From: Candidatus Caccenecus avistercoris
Lineage (GTDB): Bacteria > Bacillota_I > Bacilli_A > RF39 > UBA660
Assembly: GCA_018716965.1 (NCBI GenBank)
Contig: DVJF01000069.1
Span: forward strand, 8,158-72,157
Reading direction: 5' to 3'
Length of the DNA stretch: 64,000 bases
Made by a program: the position numbers and the translations under genes. Below the pieces are notes generated by a model. It saw only the letters and a program-made list of their open reading frames with translations, was not told the DNA's origin and did no database searches. This document shows, in pieces, positions 1-8,690 of the stretch (position 1 is its first letter; the number at the start of each line of letters is the position of its first letter).

Positions 1-1
1 T

Positions 2-469
2 GCTTTTATCGAAAAAAACTTTTCTAATTTAGAACAAACAATAAATAATATGATTAATTTATTAAATAAATATTTTAATGATAAAGAAAAAAAAGTAATC
101 TTAATCGCTGATGACTCAAATATAATTCTCAACTTTTTAGAAAAAAACATTCATGGAAAATACAATATTATAAAAGCCAGAACCGGAAATGAAGCTATAG
201 ACATTATAAAAAATAACAATTTATATGCTATACTCCTAGATTTAAATATGCCAAATTTAAATGGCTTTGATGTTCTGGAATATTTAAAAAGCAACAACTT
301 ATTAGAAAAAATCCCTATTATTATTATAACTGGTGATGATACTGAAGAAACCATAAAAAAAGCATTTAATTACAATGTAGTAGACGTTTTAAATAAACCA
401 TTTACCGAAGAAAATATAAACAGAATACTAACTTCTATTAATAACTTCTATGAAAGAGATAAGATATGA
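2..469 (+). CDS. Response-regulator receiver (REC/CheY-like) domain protein; the frame is open to the window edge, so the gene may be 5'-truncated here (first ATG at 50)
   Basis: ILIADDS acidic pocket, phospho-acceptor Asp in LLDLNMPNLNGF, IIIITG, conserved Lys in LNKPF. No stop codon and no Shine-Dalgarno between nt 2 and ATG 50. Stop overlaps the add start (ATGA, 466-469). Confidence 0.75.
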   Translation, partial: AFIEKNFSNLEQTINNMINLLNKYFNDKEKKVILIADDSNIILNFLEKNIHGKYNIIKARTGNEAIDIIKNNNLYAILLDLNMPNLNGFDVLEYLKSNNLLEKIPIIIITGDDTEETIKKAFNYNVVDVLNKPFTEENINRILTSINNFYERDKI

Positions 470-1410
470 AAAAAGTCGAATTACACTTACATTTAGATGG
501 CAGTATTAGACCATCTACAATAAGTGAAATACTAAATATCAATCTAGAAGAAGCTAAAAAGTTATCAACTATCGAAACTAAATGTGCATCTCTAAAGGAA
601 TATCTAACAAAATTTGATATTCCTTTAAAAATTATGCAAACCAAAGAAAATTTAGAAAGAGTAGCTTTCGAACTAGCCCAAGATCTCCAAAAAGATGATG
701 TCATTTATGCAGAAATTCGTTTTGCTCCAAATAAACATCTAAAATCCGGACTAACACTTGATGAAGTAGTAACTGCAATATTAAAAGGATTATCCCAAGT
801 TCCCATTAAAACGAACCTAATATTATGTATGATGCGTGGTGACTCTTATGAGCAAAACTTAAAAGTAATCAAATTAGCTAAAAAATATTTAAATCATGGT
901 GTAGTTGCTATTGATCTTGCTGGATCAGAAGCTTCTTACCCCGTAAATTTATATCAAGAGCTATTTGAAATTGCTCAAAAAGAAAATATTCCCTTTACCA
1001 TTCATGCCGGAGAAGCTGATGAACCTTTAAGTGTAATAAATGCTATTAATTTAGGAGCCAAAAGAATAGGACACGGTGTTCGAGCCATTGAAAGTGAAAA
1101 GGCCTTAAAACTAATCAAGGAAAAAAACATAACTTTAGAAGTATGTCCTAAAAGTAATTTAGATACTAACATGTATGAAAAATTAAGTAATCACCCTATA
1201 AAGAAATTATATGATATGGGCCTATTAGTTACCATAAACACTGATAATCGCACTGTATCAAATACAAATCTTACAAAAAGCTATCAAGATTTACAAGAAG
1301 TATTTTCTTTTACTAAACAAGATTTTCTAAAAATGAATGAGAATGCTTTACAAAGTGCTTTTCTAAATCAAGCCGAAATAGAAGAACTTTTAGCTTTACT
1401 TCATAAGTGA
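466..1410 (+). CDS. add: Adenosine deaminase
   Basis: Metal-binding signatures VELHLHLDGS, FTIHAGE and TINTDN in the order typical of adenosine deaminases; 314 aa. Confidence 0.9.
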   Translation: MKKVELHLHLDGSIRPSTISEILNINLEEAKKLSTIETKCASLKEYLTKFDIPLKIMQTKENLERVAFELAQDLQKDDVIYAEIRFAPNKHLKSGLTLDEVVTAILKGLSQVPIKTNLILCMMRGDSYEQNLKVIKLAKKYLNHGVVAIDLAGSEASYPVNLYQELFEIAQKENIPFTIHAGEADEPLSVINAINLGAKRIGHGVRAIESEKALKLIKEKNITLEVCPKSNLDTNMYEKLSNHPIKKLYDMGLLVTINTDNRTVSNTNLTKSYQDLQEVFSFTKQDFLKMNENALQSAFLNQAEIEELLALLHK

Positions 1411-1995
1411 TTTAATAAATGCTTCAAATATTAAATCACTTTTTTTATTCACCAAAGACTCTGGGTGCCACTCTAAACCTAAAAAGAATTTCTTCTTCTT
1501 ATCTTCCACTGCTTCTATCACTCCATCAAACGCTCTAGCACTTACCACTAAATTAGTATTTTGAACACCCGTTTTATGCCTACTGTTAACTACACTTTGT
1601 TCTACTCCTAAAATACTATAAAGAAGACTATTCTTTTTAATAACAATAGCATGTTCTTTTAAATAATGATTATTCCCAACTTTTATTTCTCCATATCCTC
1701 CAAAACTTAAAGCCATAGCTTGCATACCAAGACAAATACCCAAAGTTGGAATATCTTGCTTATACAAATACTGTACTAGCAAAAAATCATTATCTACAAA
1801 ATGGTCTCCCCCGGTTAAAACAATCCCATCACAAAGCTGAACCAAATAAAGAATTTGATCCCATAATAAATCTATCGGAATCAAAATAATCTGTACCGGA
1901 TATTTCAAAAAAACATCTAAAACATCTCTTCGACAACCTATAAACGATTTATTATTTTCTTCGAATTCTCGAACTATAATCCCAATTTTCTTCAT
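1396..1995 (-). CDS. Class I glutamine amidotransferase-like hydrolase (peptidase C26 / gamma-glutamyl-GABA hydrolase-like)
   Basis: Nucleophile elbow LGICLGMQ and His/Glu region GLEWHPE; 199 aa. Converges on add with a 15-nt 3' overlap. Confidence 0.75.
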   Translation of the reverse strand: MKKIGIIVREFEENNKSFIGCRRDVLDVFLKYPVQIILIPIDLLWDQILYLVQLCDGIVLTGGDHFVDNDFLLVQYLYKQDIPTLGICLGMQAMALSFGGYGEIKVGNNHYLKEHAIVIKKNSLLYSILGVEQSVVNSRHKTGVQNTNLVVSARAFDGVIEAVEDKKKKFFLGLEWHPESLVNKKSDLIFEAFIKSLMK

Positions 1996-2058
1996 AATAA
2001 ATCATATGAAAAGAAGCCATCTTTAGACTTCTTTTTCACTTTTTATAATAATTTTTTA

Positions 2059-2847
2059 TTATCTTCCTCTTTCGTATTTCAAAATTTCTCCTGTTACAGC
2101 ATCTATTTCATAATCATATTCATAATAATCATGATAAAATTCAATTTCATAAGTAGCTATATGATAATCTATATCTAATTCTACTTTACTAAAACGAACA
2201 TCACTACTATTAAGTCCTGCATGATTTAAAACAATTTCCCTAGCTTTATCTACACCAATATAATCATTAGTTGTATTATTATTATTATAATTACTTAAAT
2301 AATCTTCTTTAAAACTAACGATTTCTTTAGTTTCTACATCTATACTAATCTCATACTCTTTTTCATTATCATAAAAATAAACATCATAGACAGTAATACC
2401 GTTTTCTCTATCTATCCGAACTCTTGTGAATGTAACTTCATTACTATTTTTACCAACTCTTTGTAAAGCAATATTTCGAGCTTCTTCTTCTGTCATCGAA
2501 ACATTAATATTAGAATTATTATCACCCTGATTACTATTAACATTATTTCTTAAATCTTTTTCAAAATTAACTATTCTCCCACTATTATAATTTACATCTA
2601 CTTCATACTCATACAAATCATCATAAAACTTTATTTCGTATTCTCTATCTTCTCTATCTTTCTGTATCGTTAAAACAGTAACTTCACTACTACTAACACC
2701 AGCATATCGATAAGCTATATCTTGAGCTTCTGCCTCACTAATAGTCTCTCTAAAAACAAACATATAAAGACATACACCTAAAATAGTCAAAACCAAAACT
2801 ACACTAACAATAATACTATAAATTTTCCACTTTTTCACATAAATCAC
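2059..2847 (-). CDS. Membrane-anchored protein with three PepSY-like repeats
   Basis: N-terminal TM helix followed by three repeats of the pattern A..IA...AG.....V.......D....YEI.F......YEY..D...G.I. Confidence 0.6.
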   Translation of the reverse strand: MIYVKKWKIYSIIVSVVLVLTILGVCLYMFVFRETISEAEAQDIAYRYAGVSSSEVTVLTIQKDREDREYEIKFYDDLYEYEVDVNYNSGRIVNFEKDLRNNVNSNQGDNNSNINVSMTEEEARNIALQRVGKNSNEVTFTRVRIDRENGITVYDVYFYDNEKEYEISIDVETKEIVSFKEDYLSNYNNNNTTNDYIGVDKAREIVLNHAGLNSSDVRFSKVELDIDYHIATYEIEFYHDYYEYDYEIDAVTGEILKYERGR

Positions 2848-2899
2848 TCCTATATAATTTAATTATAACAAAAGAAAAAAAAGAAGTAAACAGCTTTCA

Positions 2900-3904
2900 C
2901 TAGCTATGTAAAACAAGATATAATTCATACGATATTCTTCTAGCACTTCTAACACTTTTAAGACCATATTTTTTTAATTTATCCATTTTAAAATCATTCT
3001 TGTCATAACATTTTTTTAACTGCAACTTCATACTTTTTCCCGTACAACTATTCATATCAACAATATCTGCCTCTATAACTAAACATTCAAAAAGAATTGC
3101 TTGATAAGGTTTAGTAAGGTAAATATATACATAATCTCCAACTTTCACATGAACATTTTGATGCCACCTAATCACATCAGTATGCTTAAATTCTCGAATA
3201 ATATCATACACTAAAGGATTAGCCGGTATAATCCAAGCTTGAACCTGACTTACCAAACTATAACTTACTTGAACATAAGCCATAATCTCTTCATCACTTA
3301 AACTATCATCTAAAACAATAGAAACCCAACTTTTCTTATTCATATGGTAGGCTGGATATATCCCTCTTCTTTTTAAACTCTCTCCTACTTTATCATCTAA
3401 CTTTAAATTTAATATTTCTATTTCTCCTGATAAATTGGGCATAATCTTACTTTTATCCACATTCATAATAATACCAAACCACTTTTGATTATATATATTG
3501 CGAAAAACGCCAAAATGTGGATCTTTTTCCCATAAAAATTCCGGTTGAACTTGATATTTTTCTAAAATCAAATTTGCAATACGATTAGATTGCTCTAACA
3601 AAAAACATTCTGGAAGCAAAACATAATTAGCTATATCTTTTAAAAAAGTAATATATTTATCTCGAACAATACTAGCAAAACCAATTAAATCTTCAATTCG
3701 AAAATTAGTATATTCATCACCTGTTTTTAAATCATATACTTTTCCTTTAACACATTCATTCAAATCTACCGTAACACAAGCCAAAAAATTTTTCATAAAC
3801 TCCTTTTGATAAATATAATCATTTTCATTTCTAACAAACCCATAATCCAACAATTTATGAAAATCTATCTTACCTCTTTTAAATATATCTTTCTCAATAT
3901 TCAT
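2900..3904 (-). CDS. MmcQ/YjbR-family domain fused to a C-terminal EVE/ASCH-like (PUA-fold) module
   Basis: YPAYHMNKKSWVSIVLDD matches the YjbR-type signature. The C-terminal AWIIPANP...VIRWHQ...VKVGDYVYIYLTKP resembles EVE/PUA-like domains. Confidence 0.5.
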   Translation of the reverse strand: MNIEKDIFKRGKIDFHKLLDYGFVRNENDYIYQKEFMKNFLACVTVDLNECVKGKVYDLKTGDEYTNFRIEDLIGFASIVRDKYITFLKDIANYVLLPECFLLEQSNRIANLILEKYQVQPEFLWEKDPHFGVFRNIYNQKWFGIIMNVDKSKIMPNLSGEIEILNLKLDDKVGESLKRRGIYPAYHMNKKSWVSIVLDDSLSDEEIMAYVQVSYSLVSQVQAWIIPANPLVYDIIREFKHTDVIRWHQNVHVKVGDYVYIYLTKPYQAILFECLVIEADIVDMNSCTGKSMKLQLKKCYDKNDFKMDKLKKYGLKSVRSARRISYELYLVLHS

Positions 3905-4025
3905 AATTCCACCACCAGTTCCATTATAAATATACTAATTTTTTTCTCTTAAAAACAACATAATATTCTTTATAATTACTATTTTTTATCCATCAGTCAT
4001 TCTAATAAAAATAGAACTTAACTTA

Positions 4026-4856
4026 TCATAAATCAGAAAAAGACTCTAATATCTTAAAATGACAAAGAATAACAAGATCATCATCTTTTAAATCATTATT
4101 TTTATATAAATTCTTAATGTCCCTATAATGTTTTACTTCTTCATGAGTAAATTCTACAAACATTTTAAAATTATCTTCTTGATCAGTAATCAAAGCTTGA
4201 TATTCTTTTGGCTTAAAAGTTTTATCACCAGCATATTGTGGATACCAATTAATTACTCTAAAATTTCTTTTACCATTTAATATATCTTTTAAAGCGTCAT
4301 CACTAAATCGGTAAATAAAAACATTTTCATATTTAGCATGAATTTTATTTTGAAATCGACTATTAGAAACTTCCCCTACTTCTAAATCCTTCATCCCAAT
4401 CAATAATAAATATTTTTGAACTCTTCTTAAATATATGAGTTCTTGTTTACTATAATATTGTTCTTCATCTGAAGCAATATAAAAAGACTCTGGAGAAGTA
4501 TAAAGTGCTTTTACTACTTCTTCAAAGGAATGAGCATGATCATGTTCGACAACTGCTTTTTGAACTAATTTACCATTTTCTCTCCACGTCATCATATGTT
4601 TACCAGTAAAAGGATAATAAAAACCAATAAAGGCAATATCACTCAACGCTTCCGTAAGATTTAGATAAACTTCCAACTCACCTTTAGCTTTCTTACTATT
4701 ATAAATAGATTTACCATTATAAAAATATACATATTCTAATGTTTGTCTTTCTTCATCCCAAAAAGGAGTTGGTAAATTATTTTTCTTAAATTGATCATAT
4801 CGCTTAATAAATTCTTTATAATCACTTTCTTTCATAAAATAAATCATCCTTTCCAT
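4026..4856 (-). CDS. Hypothetical protein (possible ASCH-like C-terminal half)
   Basis: 276-aa ORF with no overlapping competitor, tightly spaced (8 nt) behind the XRE gene. No family recognised with confidence; the start could be an internal Met (M8). Confidence 0.5.
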   Translation of the reverse strand: MERMIYFMKESDYKEFIKRYDQFKKNNLPTPFWDEERQTLEYVYFYNGKSIYNSKKAKGELEVYLNLTEALSDIAFIGFYYPFTGKHMMTWRENGKLVQKAVVEHDHAHSFEEVVKALYTSPESFYIASDEEQYYSKQELIYLRRVQKYLLLIGMKDLEVGEVSNSRFQNKIHAKYENVFIYRFSDDALKDILNGKRNFRVINWYPQYAGDKTFKPKEYQALITDQEDNFKMFVEFTHEEVKHYRDIKNLYKNNDLKDDDLVILCHFKILESFSDL

Positions 4857-4864
4857 TAACTATA

Positions 4865-5578
4865 TTATTGCTGACAAAAATCATCTACATGATCACTAGT
4901 ATATTCTTGATTTTTAATTACTTTAAATGTTTCATTATCCTTATTTACATTACATCTAACAACATCATAAAATGGTGTATCATAATAAATAACATGTTCG
5001 CCTGAAACTTTTACTAATGAAAATCTTGGTGCTTGATGAATATTAACAACACCTATATAATCGATTGCCATAAGTATTAAAATAAATATAATAAAATACC
5101 CAAAATTACATAGTAATCGTTTTAGATACGATAATTTCTTGGTAAATCGGCTAACACCAATTAAAGAAATAATAGCACCAAACACCGAATAAATAGCACC
5201 CCAACTACTTTCACTAGGAAAGATAGCAACAGCTGTAATGGCAAGTAAAACTCCAAAAATAATAAATATCAACCCAATTAGATGATTTCGATTTTCAACT
5301 TTTTTATTCGTATAATCTATAGTATTAATAATATTTTCTTCTAATTTTTCTTGATAGTTTTGCACTTTTACTTTCTCACCACTTAAGAAATCATTTAAGG
5401 AAATATGAAGTTCATTACATAGTGGCTTAAATAGTGATAAATCAGGCATATTTCTTCCATTCTCCCAATTTCCAACCGTACGATCAGATACGCCTAATTT
5501 ATCTGCTAATTCTTGTTGAGTCATATTCATTTTTTTCCGACATTTAGCAATAAATCTCCCAATTTTTTCTTGATCCAT
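4865..5578 (-). CDS. XRE-family HTH transcriptional regulator with membrane-spanning C-terminal half
   Basis: N-terminal MTQQELADKLGVSDRTVGNWENGRNMPDL is a classic Cro/C1 HTH. It is followed by about 3 TM helices and an extracytoplasmic tail. Confidence 0.8.
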   Translation of the reverse strand: MDQEKIGRFIAKCRKKMNMTQQELADKLGVSDRTVGNWENGRNMPDLSLFKPLCNELHISLNDFLSGEKVKVQNYQEKLEENIINTIDYTNKKVENRNHLIGLIFIIFGVLLAITAVAIFPSESSWGAIYSVFGAIISLIGVSRFTKKLSYLKRLLCNFGYFIIFILILMAIDYIGVVNIHQAPRFSLVKVSGEHVIYYDTPFYDVVRCNVNKDNETFKVIKNQEYTSDHVDDFCQQ

Positions 5579-5655
5579 AATCTTACTCCTTTCACACTAC
5601 CATTTTATAATGTAAAAGCATATTATTACAGGAAACATCTCAAGGGTAGATCAAT

Positions 5656-5817
5656 TTAGCCTTGCTTTTTAAATACCAAAATAGCTTTGGCTGTTCCGGT
5701 AACTGACATAGTAATTAATAGATACCCTTCTTTCAACATTTCATTAGCTTTTTCCTCAATCTTTTTTGCCATATCATCTGCTTTTGGCGAATATTCAATC
5801 ACTTCTGTTTTATACAT
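5656..5817 (-). CDS. Small protein, 53 aa, not in the ORF track (DUF4177-like in appearance)
   Basis: The minus strand reads MYKTEVIEYSPKADDMAKKIEEKANEMLKEGYLLITMSVTGTAKAILVFKKQG. The ATG overlaps the stop of the upstream membrane-protein gene by 8 nt, an operon-style junction. Confidence 0.45.
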   Translation of the reverse strand: MYKTEVIEYSPKADDMAKKIEEKANEMLKEGYLLITMSVTGTAKAILVFKKQG

Positions 5818-6214
5818 TTATATCCCTCCTTTTTCCTTTTATATTCGATACCACAATCGGTGATAAAAATGATGTTATTACTACTAAAATCCATAAATTA
5901 CCATTTAGAAAATTATAAGAATTTAACAAATCTTTCATTCCACCACCTTCATTAATAAACATAAATAAATCAAATAAATTAGTTAAAAGAAACCAAATTA
6001 CTCCAAAAATAATATAATCTTTTGATTTACAATTTTTGATTTTAGGTATCAACAAATAAGCAATAACAAAAATACATATACTTAAAATAATTCCACTTAA
6101 AGGTAAAGAAATACTACCTAACTTATTTAACACGTTTTCTCTTAATCCACCATTTAGTATTGCTAAAGGTATTATTAAAAACCATATTCCTATAGCTTGA
6201 ATATATTTTTTCAA
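5810..6214 (-). CDS. Integral membrane protein (about 4 TM), unknown function
   Basis: Hydrophobic 134-aa ORF, 4 nt downstream of the preceding small membrane-protein gene. Confidence 0.6.
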   Translation of the reverse strand: MKKYIQAIGIWFLIIPLAILNGGLRENVLNKLGSISLPLSGIILSICIFVIAYLLIPKIKNCKSKDYIIFGVIWFLLTNLFDLFMFINEGGGMKDLLNSYNFLNGNLWILVVITSFLSPIVVSNIKGKRRDINV

Positions 6215-6218
6215 AAAA

Positions 6219-6428
6219 TCACCTCTTCAAATTATCTTTTGAAATATAAATAGCTAAAAGAATAATCCCAACTAAATTAATACCAACAGATAAACCGAGT
6301 AATAATCCTGAACTAAACTCCCCCATTGTACTTACATCATTACCACCAAAAATAGTGTATAGCCAATAAAGTATATTTCCTAATATTACCAACAATAATC
6401 CCATTTTTCCTTTATTCATAATGATCAC
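6219..6428 (-). CDS. Small membrane protein (2 TM), unknown function
   Basis: 69-aa ORF with two hydrophobic helices; first gene downstream of an extended -10 promoter. Confidence 0.55.
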   Translation of the reverse strand: MIIMNKGKMGLLLVILGNILYWLYTIFGGNDVSTMGEFSSGLLLGLSVGINLVGIILLAIYISKDNLKR

Positions 6429-6460
6429 TCACTTTCGATTTGTTATCTATCATCAAAATG

Positions 6461-6469
6461 ATTATATCA
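6461..6469 (-). promoter_or_regulatory. Extended -10 element (TGATATAAT) for the 6428-5656 small-membrane-protein operon
   Basis: The minus strand reads TGATATAAT about 33 nt upstream of the start at 6428. No convincing -35. Confidence 0.35.
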
Positions 6470-6620
6470 TATAAAAGAATTGTTTTATATCTTCTTTTTC
6501 AACATTTTAGAATTTTTTAATTTCATGATATAAATATTTTCCAAGAAAATAATACTTTCTCTCATCAACTATTTATATATTTACCTAATTCGTACCTAAA
6601 CTATTTCTCAAGACTCCCCT

Positions 6621-6661
6621 AAATAAAACAAAAAATGGAGCCTTTCGGCTCCTTCAGGGGG
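6621..6661 (-). terminator. Intrinsic terminator carried on a 40-nt repeat module (copy 1)
   Basis: Minus strand CCCCCTGAA-GGAGCC-GAAA-GGCTCC-ATTTTTTGTTTTATTT. A GC-rich 6-bp stem with GAAA loop and U-tract. Identical, apart from one A, to 9941-9980. Confidence 0.7.
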
Positions 6662-6835
6662 ATATTGCAATTCGGTCTATTTTAATTTAAAACCATAACA
6701 TTTCTTTTAATTTTCCCCTTTTTCTCACGATTTTAATTAAAATTAATTAAAAGATAATTTTAAAGTTCTAAAAATTTATTACATAAATGTTACATAAAAA
6801 TATTTAACAAACCATAAGCGCATATATATTATAAT

Positions 6836-7339
6836 TTATCGTTTAATTTTTACTATAAATAGTAAATAAATTAATATGATAATTATTAGAAGATCATACC
6901 ATCTTGGTCCACCAAAAATTATAATATCACATACTAATGTAACCATAATTATTCCAACTGAAATTATTTTAGGTAATATTCCTTTTTCTTTTGTCATCCA
7001 AGTAAAATATGCCATTATTGGAGAACAGAAAGAAAAACATAACCAACCTTTAATAAAATTCCACCCATAAATTGAATGTGTTAATTCAGCAATAATATAG
7101 TATGTTAGAAGCATACCTAAACAGAATGGCAAAATATTAATCATAGCTTTTTTTCTAGTATCACTATAAATCGAAATCAAAACTCCAAATAATATCCATA
7201 TAGATAATTCTGAAAACATTTCTCCAAAAGTAAAACCATAGTGTTGAACATAATCATAAATATCTAAACACTTTGATAAAACACCGAGAATACCCCCGAT
7301 TATAAACAAACTTATTGGATTTAAGATATATTTTTTCAT
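6836..7339 (-). CDS. Polytopic membrane protein (about 5 TM), co-transcribed with the radical SAM/SPASM gene
   Basis: 167-aa hydrophobic ORF starting 19 nt after the radical SAM stop. Confidence 0.6.
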   Translation of the reverse strand: MKKYILNPISLFIIGGILGVLSKCLDIYDYVQHYGFTFGEMFSELSIWILFGVLISIYSDTRKKAMINILPFCLGMLLTYYIIAELTHSIYGWNFIKGWLCFSFCSPIMAYFTWMTKEKGILPKIISVGIIMVTLVCDIIIFGGPRWYDLLIIIILIYLLFIVKIKR

Positions 7340-7358
7340 ATTTCTAAATAATTTTAAC

Positions 7359-8441
7359 TTATACCTCTATTTTCGTTACTTCAGAATTATTATTATTTTC
7401 TATATAAACTTCCTTTAAAATATTTCTAAGCATAAACTTTGTATATATGCAAAAAGCTTTATCAATTTTTCTTTCATCACCAAACAAATCTTTTGACTGC
7501 ATAGCACAGCCGCCACCACATATATATATTGCAGGACAATTTAAACATTTTGTTTTATTTAATGTTATATTCGTTGCCCATTTTTTATATTCATCTAAAG
7601 AAAATAAATCAGAAAAAGAATCTATATCTTTAATATTAGGCAATTTTCTTTCCTTTCTGTTCCAATATCCATGACATATTTCAATATCGCCATTAGGACA
7701 TATAGTAAGTTGATTCCCGCCAATAGCTGCACAATCACTAAACTTAAATGTTCTATTATAGAAAGCATCATATTTTCTATTTACTCTATCTTCATTAAAA
7801 CCCTTATTAAAAAGTAAATTATTAGATTTATATATAAATTTTACCGCACGCTTATAGTAGCTCTTCCACTCATCAGTTTTATAAGTAAAATGAAGAAGAT
7901 TATAGCTAATATTATATATACCTAAATCCTCAATCCATCTTAAAAAATATTCCTCATTATCCAAAAAAACAGGTGCTACCGTAATGGATAAGTTAAAATC
8001 TACATCCATAGATTTTAATAACTTTATTTTGCTTAAAACTACATCGTAAACGCTTTTTTTTGATCCTTTAAAAATTCTATTACTATCATTTATATTTTTA
8101 GGTCCATCTATTGATAAACCAAGCGAAATAGAATTCTCTTTAATAAAATTAGCAATTTCAGCATTTAGTAATATTCCATTAGACACCATAACATATTCAA
8201 TATCATATCCCTTTTCTTTAGAATATAAAACAACTTTTTTTATAAGATCAAAATTTAACAATGGCTCTGCACCATAAAAGAAAATAATTCCTTTTTCTCC
8301 AATTGAACATAAATGTTCATAAAACTTATCTACAGCATTAATAGCGGTATCATATTCCATATAACAAGGCTTTTCATTTAATTTACCAATAAAGCAATAT
8401 TTACACATTAAATTGCAAGTATTAGTTGGAATAAGATACAT
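7359..8441 (-). CDS. Radical SAM enzyme with C-terminal SPASM-type auxiliary cluster domain (peptide-maturase / anSME-like)
   Basis: CX3CX2C motif CNLMCKYC at residues 9-16. C-terminal Cys cluster CPNGDIEIC...CLNCPAIYICGGGC is typical of SPASM domains. 360 aa. Confidence 0.85.
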   Translation of the reverse strand: MYLIPTNTCNLMCKYCFIGKLNEKPCYMEYDTAINAVDKFYEHLCSIGEKGIIFFYGAEPLLNFDLIKKVVLYSKEKGYDIEYVMVSNGILLNAEIANFIKENSISLGLSIDGPKNINDSNRIFKGSKKSVYDVVLSKIKLLKSMDVDFNLSITVAPVFLDNEEYFLRWIEDLGIYNISYNLLHFTYKTDEWKSYYKRAVKFIYKSNNLLFNKGFNEDRVNRKYDAFYNRTFKFSDCAAIGGNQLTICPNGDIEICHGYWNRKERKLPNIKDIDSFSDLFSLDEYKKWATNITLNKTKCLNCPAIYICGGGCAMQSKDLFGDERKIDKAFCIYTKFMLRNILKEVYIENNNNSEVTKIEV

Positions 8442-8690
8442 AATTGTAATTTTATTTTCTAATAGTTCTTTTCGTGTTTCACAAACAGCCTCTAATAATA
8501 AAGTATCAAATTTATTATTATCTGTAATAATCCCAGCTTTTTTAATTCATCCAACTAACTTTTGGAAAAGGAGTCCAAATCATTACTAAAAATTTTTTCA
8601 GCCCGTTCTTTATCAGTAAAAATTGGTAACATAATAAGACTATTAAATATTGAATATACAGAATTTGATAATTTTATTTTTTTCGCAAAT

